A DNA stretch of 64,000 nt. Origin: Pseudomonadota bacterium (GTDB lineage Bacteria; Pseudomonadota; Alphaproteobacteria; Rhodobacterales; Rhodobacteraceae). Positions 27,281 to 36,708 of this stretch are shown here, piece by piece. The notes under the pieces are model-generated. The model was given only the letters and a program-made list of their open reading frames with translations. It was not told the origin of the DNA and searched no databases. Where the stretch lies: positions 150,881 to 214,880 of the forward strand of contig JBCBGF010000001.1 in assembly GCA_038526915.1 (NCBI GenBank), written 5' to 3'. The stretch's first letter is position 1; every line of letters starts with the position of its first letter. Made by a program: the position numbers and the translations under genes.

Positions 27281-28282
27281 TCACACATCGTCGTAGATCA
27301 CCTCCAGCGATGGCTTAGGCGCGGCGTTCTTGCCACGCATGTCCTGATCTGTGGCAGGCTCCAAAACAACGCCCGCGCCGGTGTCCGAGCCATCGAAAAG
27401 CTCGAGCAGGCCATCCTGGGTAAGGGGGGCCGGACGCACCGGCGGGGCTTCTGCGACGTTGAGCCCAAGCCCGGCGAACAGCTCGCCCCACTGGCTTTCT
27501 GCCGTCCCAACGATCTGATAATTCGCGGATTTCTTGCGCAGGTCATCGTCCTGCGGAATCGAGGCCAGCACCGGGATATCCACCGCCTTGGCAAAGGCCT
27601 GCGCCTCGCCCGATCCGTCATCTTTGTTGATCACAAGACCCGCGACACCGACATTCCCGCCCAGCTTGCGGAAATACTCCACCGCCGAACAGACGTTGTT
27701 GGCGACATAAAGCGACTGCAGGTCGTTCGACCCGACCAGGATCACCTTCTGCGCCATGTCCCGCGCGATCGGCAGGCCAAAGCCGCCGCAGACCACGTCC
27801 CCCAGGAAGTCCAAGAGCACGTAGTCGAAATCCCAATCATGGAAGCCGAGCTTTTCCAGCAGCTCGAACCCATGAATGATGCCGCGACCACCACAGCCCC
27901 GGCCAACCTCAGGCCCGCCAAGCTCCATCGCGAAGACGCCGCCGCGTTTAAAGCAGACGTCGCCGATCTTCACCTCTTCCCCGGCCAGTTTCTTCTTGGT
28001 CGAGGTCTCGATAATCGTGGGACAGGCCTTGCCACCAAAAAGCAGGCTGGTGGTGTCCGATTTCGGATCGCACCCGATCAGCAGCACACGCTTGCCCTGT
28101 TCCGCCATCATGTGGCTGAGGTTTGCGAGCGTGAACGACTTGCCGATCCCACCTTTGCCGTAGATCGCAATGATCTGGGTTTTCGACGTGGGCTCTTCCG
28201 CGATGATATCGGCCAGATCTTCATGCGCTTCATCGCGCAAACGCTGGTCGAACGCCTTGAGATTTGGGACATCGAGGGTCAT
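27281..28282 (-). CDS. bchX: Chlorophyllide a reductase iron protein subunit X
   Basis: [21 protein letters not shown]-loop, NifH-like. Start set at MTLDVPN, whose ATG overlaps the bchC TGA. Confidence 0.95.
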   Translation of the reverse strand: MTLDVPNLKAFDQRLRDEAHEDLADIIAEEPTSKTQIIAIYGKGGIGKSFTLANLSHMMAEQGKRVLLIGCDPKSDTTSLLFGGKACPTIIETSTKKKLAGEEVKIGDVCFKRGGVFAMELGGPEVGRGCGGRGIIHGFELLEKLGFHDWDFDYVLLDFLGDVVCGGFGLPIARDMAQKVILVGSNDLQSLYVANNVCSAVEYFRKLGGNVGVAGLVINKDDGSGEAQAFAKAVDIPVLASIPQDDDLRKKSANYQIVGTAESQWGELFAGLGLNVAEAPPVRPAPLTQDGLLELFDGSDTGAGVVLEPATDQDMRGKNAAPKPSLEVIYDDV

Positions 28283-29238
28283 GCAACCGCACTCCAATCC
28301 AGGATCATTTTCAGGCAGGCATCGTCATTGAAGGCCGTGGCATAGGCCTCGGGGGCATCGACCGCCGACCGCTCATGCGTGATGAGGCCGGACAGGGACA
28401 AAGCGCCCGCATCAATCAAGGCACGGGTCGCGGTCAGGTCTGCGCGATCCCATTCCGCAGCGATACGCAGGCGCGCTTCCTTCATGAAGGCCGGTGGGAA
28501 CGCGAATGAGATCGGGTCGGTATAGAACCCCGCCAGAACAACTTCGCCGCCCTTCTCAATACGGCCGATCAAGCTGTTGAGCAGGCCCGCATTGCCGGAT
28601 GCATCATAAATCGAGGTATAGTCGCGCCGATTGTCGGCATCGGGATGCACAACGTCGTAGCCTTCTGCACCGTGCGAGCGATCTTCCGATATTTCCCAAA
28701 CGGTCGGAGCCGGCGATCCCGCAGCAATTGTGAGCCGCGCTAGCAGCCGACCGAGGACCCCATGGCCGACAATCAAATCGGGCGGCGTCTTGTCGAGCCC
28801 CGCCATCGCATGCCGAGCCGTCGCCGCCAGCGCGAGAAGCGCGCCTTCTGGCCCAAGGCCCGCGTCAATCTTGATGACCCGGTCCGCGTTGGTGACCACG
28901 CGGTTTGCGGCCCCGCCGAACAGGCCAAACGCCCCCTCATAGCAATTGGCACCAGGCACAAAGACATGATCACCCGGACGGTACTGTGTGGCAGCGCCAG
29001 CCTCGACCACGACACCAGCAGCCTCGTAGCCCGGGACAAGCGGATAGCCCATGCCGGGGAAGGGCGGCATGGTGCCATCCCAGAACAGCTTTTCTGTGCC
29101 GGTGGAAATCCCGGAATGCTGGATGTCGACGACCAGATCCGTCTCACAGGGATCGGTCAGCGCGAGGGTTTCCAGCGCGATGTCCCTTGGACCCTTTAGA
29201 ATGATCGCCGCGGTGTCCAACTGACCCTCCAATCCCAC
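28279..29238 (-). CDS. bchC: Bacteriochlorophyllide a dehydrogenase
   Basis: Zn-dependent-dehydrogenase-like ([15 protein letters not shown]). The first in-frame start is GTG 29238; TTG 29220 is the alternative. Confidence 0.9.
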   Translation of the reverse strand: MGLEGQLDTAAIILKGPRDIALETLALTDPCETDLVVDIQHSGISTGTEKLFWDGTMPPFPGMGYPLVPGYEAAGVVVEAGAATQYRPGDHVFVPGANCYEGAFGLFGGAANRVVTNADRVIKIDAGLGPEGALLALAATARHAMAGLDKTPPDLIVGHGVLGRLLARLTIAAGSPAPTVWEISEDRSHGAEGYDVVHPDADNRRDYTSIYDASGNAGLLNSLIGRIEKGGEVVLAGFYTDPISFAFPPAFMKEARLRIAAEWDRADLTATRALIDAGALSLSGLITHERSAVDAPEAYATAFNDDACLKMILDWSAVA

Positions 29239-29289
29239 GAAAGCGCGAATCTTGCGTCGGGACTCAGCCCGGTCAGATCACGCAGTAGT

Positions 29290-29307
29290 TGTCAGTGTAA
29301 ACTTACA
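29290..29307. promoter_or_regulatory. PpsR/CrtJ palindrome 1 of the bchC promoter
   Basis: TGTCAGTGTAAACTTACA is an exact TGT-N12-ACA. Confidence 0.8.
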
Positions 29308-29315
29308 GTCTTAAG

Positions 29316-29333
29316 TGTCAACTAATTTGGACA
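29316..29333. promoter_or_regulatory. PpsR/CrtJ palindrome 2 of the bchC promoter
   Basis: TGTCAACTAATTTGGACA lies 8 nt from palindrome 1, the classic tandem arrangement of the bchC promoter. Confidence 0.8.
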
Positions 29334-29341
29334 CATTTTAG

Positions 29342-30487
29342 TCACGTGGGTGTGCGGCCCGTTACAACGCCCGTGACAAAGGGCCGATGGGTGCGGGGCG
29401 TCCCGATATCAACGAACCCCGCCTCACGCAGAAGATCGGCAATCTCATGTTGCGACCGGGTTTTTCCGGTGCCCATGGCCATTGTGTAGACTGCAAAATA
29501 AGCATCACCCGCGCGTTCGGGCCGGTCGCCGCCCGACATCGGTTCGGACACGATAAGGCGCCCATTGGCGGGCAAGGCCTGCCTGACACGCCGCAACAAC
29601 GCGCGAACCGTGTCGTCGGAATGATCGTATAGAACACGGATCAGGCTGACGGTATCTGCACCTTGGGGCAGAGCCTCATCACGAAAACTGCCTGGCACAA
29701 TGTCGATCCGGTCGTTTAACCCCGCCGCTTCGAATCGCTGTGTTGCCGCGGGGGCAACCGCTGGCAGGTCAAAAAGCGTGGCCCGCATCCCCGGATAGCT
29801 GCGCGCAACGGCTTCCAAAAACGCACCCGTTCCGCCACCGACATCGAGGAGGTGGCGCGTGTCTGAAAAGGACACATATCGCAGCGTCTCTTCGGCCACC
29901 AAACCCTGACTGTCGGACATCAGATCGGAATACCGCGCGGCCGTGTCCGGATCTTCGGCCTGGGCCGCACCAAAGACATAGGGCCAGAACTGTGCCAGTT
30001 CCGTCTCGGTCTCACCCCGGAAGAAGGCCGCTGGATCTGCGAGATCACGGTAGAGCACACTGTGATGCTGGATCATTGCCTCGAGCCCCGGCACGCCCAA
30101 CAGCGCCGCGCCCTTTTGCGCCAAAGCCACCCGGTCACCGCGCCGCAACCGCAGCAAGCCGAGCGACGCCCCGGCCTTGGCCAGTACACGCGCCCGGTCA
30201 ATGGGCATGCCCGTGCGGCGCGCGATCTCATCAAGGGGCAAAGGCCCGTCCACCAACAGATGCAGGACCCGCAACTCCACCAAGGCCTGCAAAACCTGGC
30301 TATGCACGAAACCCGCCACCAGATCGAACAATGCTTCGCCATCGCGGCGGGCGATGCCACGGGTCAGGGGAAAGCGCGCGGCCCAGCTTTGAAACCCGCG
30401 CGATGCGATCAATCGGTTGCGCCAGCCTCGTAGCTTTGGCCGCCGGGGATGTGGCCGGGGGATCGGCCCATGGGTGGCGTCACTCAC
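29342..30487 (-). CDS. crtF: Demethylspheroidene O-methyltransferase
   Basis: 381-aa SAM-dependent O-methyltransferase (LLDVGGGTGAF), downstream of crtE. Confidence 0.9.
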   Translation of the reverse strand: MSDATHGPIPRPHPRRPKLRGWRNRLIASRGFQSWAARFPLTRGIARRDGEALFDLVAGFVHSQVLQALVELRVLHLLVDGPLPLDEIARRTGMPIDRARVLAKAGASLGLLRLRRGDRVALAQKGAALLGVPGLEAMIQHHSVLYRDLADPAAFFRGETETELAQFWPYVFGAAQAEDPDTAARYSDLMSDSQGLVAEETLRYVSFSDTRHLLDVGGGTGAFLEAVARSYPGMRATLFDLPAVAPAATQRFEAAGLNDRIDIVPGSFRDEALPQGADTVSLIRVLYDHSDDTVRALLRRVRQALPANGRLIVSEPMSGGDRPERAGDAYFAVYTMAMGTGKTRSQHEIADLLREAGFVDIGTPRTHRPFVTGVVTGRTPT

Positions 30488-31358
30488 CTGGTACGGTCCG
30501 TTTTTCCGGTGCCATTGGGGTCAGCTTTTGGGCGGTCATCCGGACCATCTCGGCCAGCGCCGCCTCACCCGGACAATGCGGGATCGAGGCGATCGCCCCC
30601 GCCAGAATGTTCTTCAGCCGCGCGATTGCGCCTTCGACGCCCAGTTGCGCCACGGCATTGGGGCGGTGGTGCAAGTCATCCTGGCCCGCGGGCTTGCCAA
30701 GCGCATCTTCATCGTAGAGCGCATCGCGCAAATCATCGGCCACCTGGAACGCCTCGCCAATGCGCGCGCCCAATTCTTCCCAAGGCTCGGCCTCTTGCCC
30801 GGCAGCCACGGCCCCCATTTGGGTCGCCGCAATGAACAACGCACCCGTCTTGGCCTGGTGATAGGCCGACAGATCGACCTCGGCCTCACTCTCCCACCCT
30901 TGGCCGGCACAGATCCCGCTGGGCATGCCGGTGCGGCGGCCCAGGATACGGATCAGTTCCAGCGCGCGTGCGGGATCAGACGCACCCGCGCGGGCCAGCA
31001 CCTCGAACGCCATGACAATCAGGCTATCGCCAGTGAGCAAGGCCAACGGCTCAGAAAAGGCGCGGTGGACAGATGGCTTGCCGCGCCGCACATCGGCATC
31101 GTCAAAGCAGGGCATGTCGTCATGCACGAGGCTGGCGCAATGGATCAGCTCAAGCGCCGCCGCAGCGGCGTCGGCGACACGGGGGGCATCATCGCCGCAT
31201 GCCTTTGCCACAGACAACAGGATCGTCGGCCGGATCCGCGCCCCGCCGGGGGTGACCGCATAGTCGAGCGCGCGGGCCAGCTGATCAGGCGCAGGCGCGG
31301 CCTGTCCCTGCCGGATCGCACCGGAAATAGCCGTTTCAATTCTCTCGCTGAGTGGCAT
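30480..31358 (-). CDS. crtE: Geranylgeranyl diphosphate synthase
   Basis: Polyprenyl synthase motifs LVHDDMPCFDD and FQVADDLRD. Start set at MPLSERIE (ATG 31358). The track ORF extends 90 aa upstream across the PpsR sites. Confidence 0.9.
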   Translation of the reverse strand: MPLSERIETAISGAIRQGQAAPAPDQLARALDYAVTPGGARIRPTILLSVAKACGDDAPRVADAAAAALELIHCASLVHDDMPCFDDADVRRGKPSVHRAFSEPLALLTGDSLIVMAFEVLARAGASDPARALELIRILGRRTGMPSGICAGQGWESEAEVDLSAYHQAKTGALFIAATQMGAVAAGQEAEPWEELGARIGEAFQVADDLRDALYDEDALGKPAGQDDLHHRPNAVAQLGVEGAIARLKNILAGAIASIPHCPGEAALAEMVRMTAQKLTPMAPEKRTVPGE

Positions 31359-31380
31359 GCGCGAACCCTTTTTTCGCATG

Positions 31381-31398
31381 TGTCCAATATATCTGACA
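31381..31398. promoter_or_regulatory. PpsR/CrtJ palindrome 1, crtE/crtD divergent promoter
   Basis: TGTCCAATATATCTGACA is an exact TGT-N12-ACA. Confidence 0.8.
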
Positions 31399-31404
31399 CA
31401 ATTG

Positions 31405-31422
31405 TGTAAATCATAGTGGACA
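31405..31422. promoter_or_regulatory. PpsR/CrtJ palindrome 2, crtE/crtD divergent promoter
   Basis: TGTAAATCATAGTGGACA lies 6 nt from palindrome 1. Confidence 0.75.
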
Positions 31423-31452
31423 TATGGACCCGGCGAGTCAACAATTCCCGCG

Positions 31453-32979
31453 ATGCCTGCATCCGAAGAACAAACAATTGTAATTGGCGCCGGAATGGGC
31501 GGGTTGGCGGCGGCCATGCGGCTGGCCCATGCAGGCCAACGCGTCACAGTGTTAGAGGCGCAGGATGGCCCCGGTGGCAAGATGCGCACCGTGCCCAGCG
31601 CGGCAGGCCCCGTGGATGCAGGCCCCACGGTGCTGACGATGCGCCAGGTCTTCGACAGCCTTTTTGAGGATGTGGGCCTGTCGCTGGACGATCATGTCAC
31701 GCTTGAGCCCGAAGAGATCCTCGCCCGCCATTGGTGGCCCGACGGATCGACCCTTGATCTTCACGCCAATACGGAGGCCAGCGCCGCCACCGTGCGCGAG
31801 TTTGTGGGTGCCCGAGCAGAACAAGAGTTTCGCGCCTTCTCCGCCACCGCCGCCCGCCTCTTTGCCGCCTTTGACAAGCCGATCATGCAAGCCCCCGCCC
31901 CGCGGCTGAGCGGCCTGATTGCGCATGTCGCTGCACGGCCCGGGCTGATCCCCGCCATGGCCCCGATTTCGACCCTGGCGTCCCGCTTGGCGCGGCAGTT
32001 CTCCGACCCACGCCTGCGACAACTGTTTGGACGCTATGCGACCTATGTGGGCGGATCGCCCTATCAGGTGCCGGCGGTCCTGTCGCTGATCTGGCATGCC
32101 GAGGCATCCGGTGTCTGGCGCGTGAAAGGGGGGATGAACGCCCTGGCCCGCGCGATGCAGGGAGCGGCGGAAGCTCTGGGCGTGCGCTTTTGCTTCAACG
32201 CACCCGTAGCGAGCATTGAGACCGAGAATGGCCGCATGGCCGCGATACGCACCAAGGACGGGGATCGCTATCCCTGCACCACCGCAGTCTTCAATGGCGA
32301 TCCCCGCGCGCTGGCCATCGGTCGTCTGGGCCAAGAAGCGGTGGGCGCCGTACCCCGCAAAGCCACCGAACCGCGCAGCCTGTCGGCCAATGTCTGGGCA
32401 TTCGCGGCGGAATACAGCGGCCCGGACCTCGCCCATCATAACGTCTTCTTCGGACGTGATCCCCGCACGGAATTCGACCCTATTGCTGCGGGACACCTGC
32501 CCGAAGACCCGACACTTTACATCTGCGCCCAGGATCGCGGCGGCACACGCACGCCACCCGCGACAGAACGCTTTGAGATCATCATGAATGCCCCGGCCCT
32601 GCCCGGCGCTCAGCCGGAGGATATCGCAACATGTCGGACACGTACGTTCCAGACACTGGCCCAGCACGGGGTGAGGTTTTCGCCCGAGCCGGAGGACGCG
32701 GCACTGACGACACCCGCGGGCTTCGACCAGCTCTTTCCAGCCAGCCAAGGTTCCCTGTACGGGCGGAGCCCGCATGGGCTGACAGCAGCCTTCGACCGGC
32801 CCACGGCGCGGACGTCCCTGCCGGGGCTGTACCTCGCGGGGGGCGGGGCGCATCCGGGGGCGGGGGTCCCGATGGCAACCCTCTCCGGCCGGCACGCGGC
32901 CGAGGCGATCTTGACGGACCGTGCTTCAACCTCGACGTCCCGTCCGATGGCTACGCGTGGTGGTATGTCGACGGCATAA
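31453..32979 (+). CDS. crtD: Hydroxyneurosporene / methoxyneurosporene desaturase
   Basis: 508 aa with FAD fold TIVIGAGMGGLAAAMRLAHAGQRVTVLEAQDGPGGK. Paralogous to CrtI and divergent from crtE. Confidence 0.9.
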   Translation: MPASEEQTIVIGAGMGGLAAAMRLAHAGQRVTVLEAQDGPGGKMRTVPSAAGPVDAGPTVLTMRQVFDSLFEDVGLSLDDHVTLEPEEILARHWWPDGSTLDLHANTEASAATVREFVGARAEQEFRAFSATAARLFAAFDKPIMQAPAPRLSGLIAHVAARPGLIPAMAPISTLASRLARQFSDPRLRQLFGRYATYVGGSPYQVPAVLSLIWHAEASGVWRVKGGMNALARAMQGAAEALGVRFCFNAPVASIETENGRMAAIRTKDGDRYPCTTAVFNGDPRALAIGRLGQEAVGAVPRKATEPRSLSANVWAFAAEYSGPDLAHHNVFFGRDPRTEFDPIAAGHLPEDPTLYICAQDRGGTRTPPATERFEIIMNAPALPGAQPEDIATCRTRTFQTLAQHGVRFSPEPEDAALTTPAGFDQLFPASQGSLYGRSPHGLTAAFDRPTARTSLPGLYLAGGGAHPGAGVPMATLSGRHAAEAILTDRASTSTSRPMATRGGMSTA

Positions 32980-33848
32980 GCGACGACGGCACCCGCGCGG
33001 TCTCTGTTATCGCCTTCATAGGGTCTGTTTTCTCACCCTGGTACCGCTGGACGGGGCGCAAACGCCCGCACAACCACGTTTGCATCAATGTCGCGACCTA
33101 TGGCCCCGGCGGGCGGTTCACCATGACCGACCGGGGCGAAGGCGCGCTGCGCCAGACCAATGACACGTTCGAGGTCGGGCCGAGCAAGCTGCGCTGGCTG
33201 GGCGACCGGCTGGAGATCGATATTGATGAGATCTCGTCTCTGCCACTGGTCAGCCGGGTGAAGGGCAAGATCACGGTGCGGCCCACCGGGCTGACGGATG
33301 TGGAACTGCCGCTCCACCCCAAAGGCACCCATGTCTGGCGCCCTTTTGCGCCCACCGCAGATATCGAAGTAGACCTCAACCGAGGCTGGCAATGGAACGG
33401 GCACGGGTATTTCGATGCCAATTTCGGCACGCGCGCGCTGGAGGATGACTTCAGCTATTGGACCTGGGGCCGGTTTCCGACGTCTGAAGGCTCGGCTTGC
33501 TTCTACGATGCCGTGCGCCGGGACGGGTCCGAACTGAGCGTCGGGCTGGCCTTCGATCGTGACGGCCACGCCCACACGATGGAAATGCCGCCGCTCACCC
33601 GGTTCAATCGCTCCCTCTGGGCGGTCAAGCGTGAAACCCGCGCTGATGCCGGCTATCGCCCGCGCCAGGTCAAGGCGATGCTCGATGCGCCATTCTACAG
33701 CCGATCGGCCATCCGAACGCAGATCCATGGCGAAGAGACGGTGGGCGTCCATGAGGCGCTGGATTTGAACCGTTTCGCTTCGCCACTGTTAAAACCGATG
33801 CTCGCGGTGCGCGTGCCACGGCGGCCAGGCTGGACGTTCGCAGACTAA
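32910..33848 (+). CDS. crtC: Hydroxyneurosporene synthase (acyclic carotenoid 1,2-hydratase); start codon unresolved
   Basis: Conserved DGYAWWYVDGISDDGTRAVSVIAFIGSVFSPWYRW block. The only in-frame ATG upstream of it is 32631, deep inside crtD. The listed 5' end is approximate. Confidence 0.8.
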   Translation, partial: LDGPCFNLDVPSDGYAWWYVDGISDDGTRAVSVIAFIGSVFSPWYRWTGRKRPHNHVCINVATYGPGGRFTMTDRGEGALRQTNDTFEVGPSKLRWLGDRLEIDIDEISSLPLVSRVKGKITVRPTGLTDVELPLHPKGTHVWRPFAPTADIEVDLNRGWQWNGHGYFDANFGTRALEDDFSYWTWGRFPTSEGSACFYDAVRRDGSELSVGLAFDRDGHAHTMEMPPLTRFNRSLWAVKRETRADAGYRPRQVKAMLDAPFYSRSAIRTQIHGEETVGVHEALDLNRFASPLLKPMLAVRVPRRPGWTFAD

Positions 33849-34040
33849 CGGCGCTCTCGTCGGCCCACAAACGCCATGCCGCGCCCCCCGCACCGGCGTT
33901 TCGTGGTTTTACGCGTTGAGAGTGAGCAAACTCCCGCAGGCCCTCTGCAACACGCGCAATCGTGATGCCGTCCCTCTCTCGACAAGCCATACACGCGCGG
34001 CTAGCCCATCAGGCAACGTCCATTACGTCGGGTAGCCCTG

Positions 34041-34628
34041 ATGATCTTTCCCAGCGTTCTGCGGGCCTTCGCCATCCTTGCCTTCGCCGTGCTTGCGGCC
34101 TGCAGCACCCCGTCCACCCAATCCCCCGGCCCCGCCGCAACCCAGGACGTCATCGAACTGACCCGCGCGATCCAGGCGCTCGGCCCCGAGGTCGACCCCG
34201 AAGAGGCCGCCCGCGCCGCCCGCATCGCTTACGAACACACCTACACCTTGGCGCTGCAGTACCAGATCACCGACCCGCCGCTGATCCACAACACAAAGGT
34301 CAACATGGGGCTGAAACCCCGAGGCCTCTGCTGGCACTGGGCCGAAGACATCGAGACCCGGCTGGCACAGGAAAACTTCCAAACGCTCGACCTGCACCGC
34401 GCCATCGCGAACCACGACAGACCGCTTCGGATCGAGCACTCCACTACCATTGTCAGCCGCGCAGGCGACGGGATGTTCGATGGCATCGTTGTAGATCCGT
34501 GGCGTCTTGGCGGGGTGCTGACATGGGTCCACACCGACGAAGACCCCGACTATGTCTGGCACGCGCGGGAGGATGTCTTTGCCTATAAGCGCGCGCGCGA
34601 GGAACGGAGAGCGCGGTTCGCGCGTTAA
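34041..34628 (+). CDS. Lipoprotein of unknown function
   Basis: 195 aa with a signal peptide and lipobox (FAVLAAC). No recognised catalytic domain; GLCWHWAED is a possible Cys/His motif. Confidence 0.6.
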   Translation: MIFPSVLRAFAILAFAVLAACSTPSTQSPGPAATQDVIELTRAIQALGPEVDPEEAARAARIAYEHTYTLALQYQITDPPLIHNTKVNMGLKPRGLCWHWAEDIETRLAQENFQTLDLHRAIANHDRPLRIEHSTTIVSRAGDGMFDGIVVDPWRLGGVLTWVHTDEDPDYVWHAREDVFAYKRAREERRARFAR

Positions 34629-34780
34629 GCTACGGGTCGGCTCCGCTGAGGGCAACTATGGGCGGGACTTGGGCACGGGCTGAGTTGTGGCGGATGGAGC
34701 GAATGAGCCCATGGGCGACATTGATAGCGGCCACAGCATACAGCAGCATGGGCTCAAAGTGGTCCTTCGCTACTCAAACT

Positions 34781-34800
34781 GGAGGCCGAGCCATTGGCCT
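34781..34800 (-). terminator. Possible terminator hairpin after devA
   Basis: gaggcc-N8-ggcctc lies 36 nt past the devA stop, with a weak U-tract. Confidence 0.3.
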
Positions 34801-34835
34801 CTCAGCCCCACCGAAGGCAAGACAAAAGTAATCTC

Positions 34836-35531
34836 CTAACGATGCTCATCAGAGACCAGCCGCCCATCCTCAAGCGTTACGATCCGATCGGCCAAATCGA
34901 GCACGCGGTTATCATGGGTGACGATCAGGCTGGTGGTGCCGCGCACCTCGCCCAGGCGTTTCAACAGTTTGATCACGTTGCGGCCGGACTCTTTATCGAG
35001 GGCGGCGGTGGGTTCGTCGCCGAAAACGATCTCTGGATTGCCCACAAGGGCGCGCGCGATGGCTACCCGTTGCTTCTGGCCGCCTGAAAGGTTTCCAGGG
35101 CGGTAGTCGACGCGGTCATCAAGCCCGAGAAGACCTAGAACATGGTTGGCGGCCAGTCGGTCATCGATCCGTCGCCGTTTTTCCGGCTGGACCTCAAGAC
35201 CTAACCGCACGTTCTCAGATGCTGTGAGGCTGTCGTGCAGGTTGTGGGCCTGAAACACGAACCCTACGCGGCGGCGCATCGCCACCTGTTGCGCCACGGT
35301 CGCGCCGCGCAATTCTGTGCCCAGCAGATTGACCGACCCGTCCTGCACCTCACGCAAGCAGCTCACCAACGTCAAAAGCGTTGTTTTGCCCGAACCCGAC
35401 GGCCCCATCAGAATGGTGAGTGAGCCCGCCGTGACGCTCAGGTTGATGTCAAAGAGCGCCTGCTTCTTGGCATCGCCCTTGCCGAACCAGTGGTTGAGAT
35501 GACGTACATCTATGGCGGGTTCGTTGCGCAT
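34836..35531 (-). CDS. devA: DevA-type ABC exporter ATP-binding protein
   Basis: Walker A GPSGSGKTT, signature LSGGQKQRVAIARAL, Walker B IVFGDEPT. ATG 35531 lies 7 nt after the devC stop. Confidence 0.85.
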   Translation of the reverse strand: MRNEPAIDVRHLNHWFGKGDAKKQALFDINLSVTAGSLTILMGPSGSGKTTLLTLVSCLREVQDGSVNLLGTELRGATVAQQVAMRRRVGFVFQAHNLHDSLTASENVRLGLEVQPEKRRRIDDRLAANHVLGLLGLDDRVDYRPGNLSGGQKQRVAIARALVGNPEIVFGDEPTAALDKESGRNVIKLLKRLGEVRGTTSLIVTHDNRVLDLADRIVTLEDGRLVSDEHR

Positions 35532-35538
35532 CGCAGGC

Positions 35539-36708
35539 TCAGAACAGATCAGCCGGTTCGGCCGCGTTGAGTTTGCGCGTCGCAATGGCGCCGGAGACAG
35601 TGCAGGCGGCCAGGCTGCCCAAAAGAACTGCGATCGCCAAAGCGGGTGTCATCGCAACCGGCAGGCCCGTAAGGGCGACGAGCAGAGCGTAGAGTCCGAG
35701 CGAGATCAGAAGCCCCGGGATGAAGCCCAGCACAGCAAGGATGACGGCCTCTTCAAAGACAACACCCAGGAAATACTCCGGCCCATACCCCACCGCCTTA
35801 AGCGTCGCGTATTCCCGCAAATGGTCGGCCACGTCGGATGACAGCACTTGATAGACGATCACGATGCCCACGATGATGCCCATCACGACCCCGAAGCCGA
35901 AGATGAGGCCTGTGGGCCGTTCGGTCGTTTGAAACCGCAGATCTTCGCTGGCGGCATCTGCAACGGTCCGGATTTGCAGGGTTTCGGGCAGTTCGGCCCT
36001 CAGGCGAGCAACGACCGCATCCGCTTGATGCCCCGCCGCAACCTTGAGCAGGATGTGGTTGGGCGCGCCGCTTGTGCGCGCGGGGAAAAGCCTCAGGAAT
36101 GTCTGCTCTGACGTGACCATGTAGCCGTCCGCGGAAAAGCTGACGCCGCCCTGAAACGTGTTGGCAAAGGCAAGCTGCTGGCCGTTCACCTCGGTCACAA
36201 GGGGGCTTTGGGGGCGGATGCCGGCCATCAGATCGGGATCAAGGCCGCGGGTTTGCTGATCGATGATCGCCACGTTCGGCAACGCAATCGCGCGGGCGTT
36301 CCGGCTTATGTCACCACTCAGGAAATCGAGGTGTTCGGGCTGCAACGCATAGACCTGAAAGGTGGTCTGATCCCCCTCCCGCTCCCACCGGGCATTCGAC
36401 AGAAAAAGCCCGGTGCCCCGCGCGACACCCGGATCGGCCAGCGCCTGGAACATCCATTGCCGCGCGACATTGCCGCCCTCGGTCAGGGTGTTGGCATCTT
36501 GTGCCGAAATCATGATGTCGGCGTTGAAGAGGTCATAGCTCTTGATGATCGAGCTGTTCATGCTGCCCATGATGCCGAGCTGCACAAAGACCAGCACTTG
36601 CGCGAAGGCCACGCCAGCCAGAGCCGCGGCCAGGCGGCCGGGATTGTGCGTCAGCTGCATCCACCCCAGCGGCAGGCGGCCAAGGAGGCGTTGCAGAAGT
36701 GCGGTCAT
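35539..36708 (-). CDS. devC: DevC-type ABC exporter permease (FtsX-like)
   Basis: 389 aa with an N-terminal TM helix, a large periplasmic loop and a C-terminal 3-TM FtsX-like domain. ATGA overlap with devB. Confidence 0.8.
   Translation of the reverse strand: MTALLQRLLGRLPLGWMQLTHNPGRLAAALAGVAFAQVLVFVQLGIMGSMNSSIIKSYDLFNADIMISAQDANTLTEGGNVARQWMFQALADPGVARGTGLFLSNARWEREGDQTTFQVYALQPEHLDFLSGDISRNARAIALPNVAIIDQQTRGLDPDLMAGIRPQSPLVTEVNGQQLAFANTFQGGVSFSADGYMVTSEQTFLRLFPARTSGAPNHILLKVAAGHQADAVVARLRAELPETLQIRTVADAASEDLRFQTTERPTGLIFGFGVVMGIIVGIVIVYQVLSSDVADHLREYATLKAVGYGPEYFLGVVFEEAVILAVLGFIPGLLISLGLYALLVALTGLPVAMTPALAIAVLLGSLAACTVSGAIATRKLNAAEPADLF

Noticed and set aside
32631-32909. ATG 32631 as the real crtC start (405-aa product)
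   Set aside because: It would need a 349-nt overlap with crtD. The extra 93 residues are Arg/Gly/Pro-rich and look like an out-of-frame reading of crtD. It is kept as an open question in the findings rather than annotated.
34703-34755. 10-bp inverted repeat tgagcccatg...catgggctca separated by 33 nt, considered as IS or MITE termini at the left edge of the insert
   Set aside because: There is no transposase, no target-site duplication and no second copy in the window. It may simply be a structure in the spacer between the convergent lipoprotein and devA genes.
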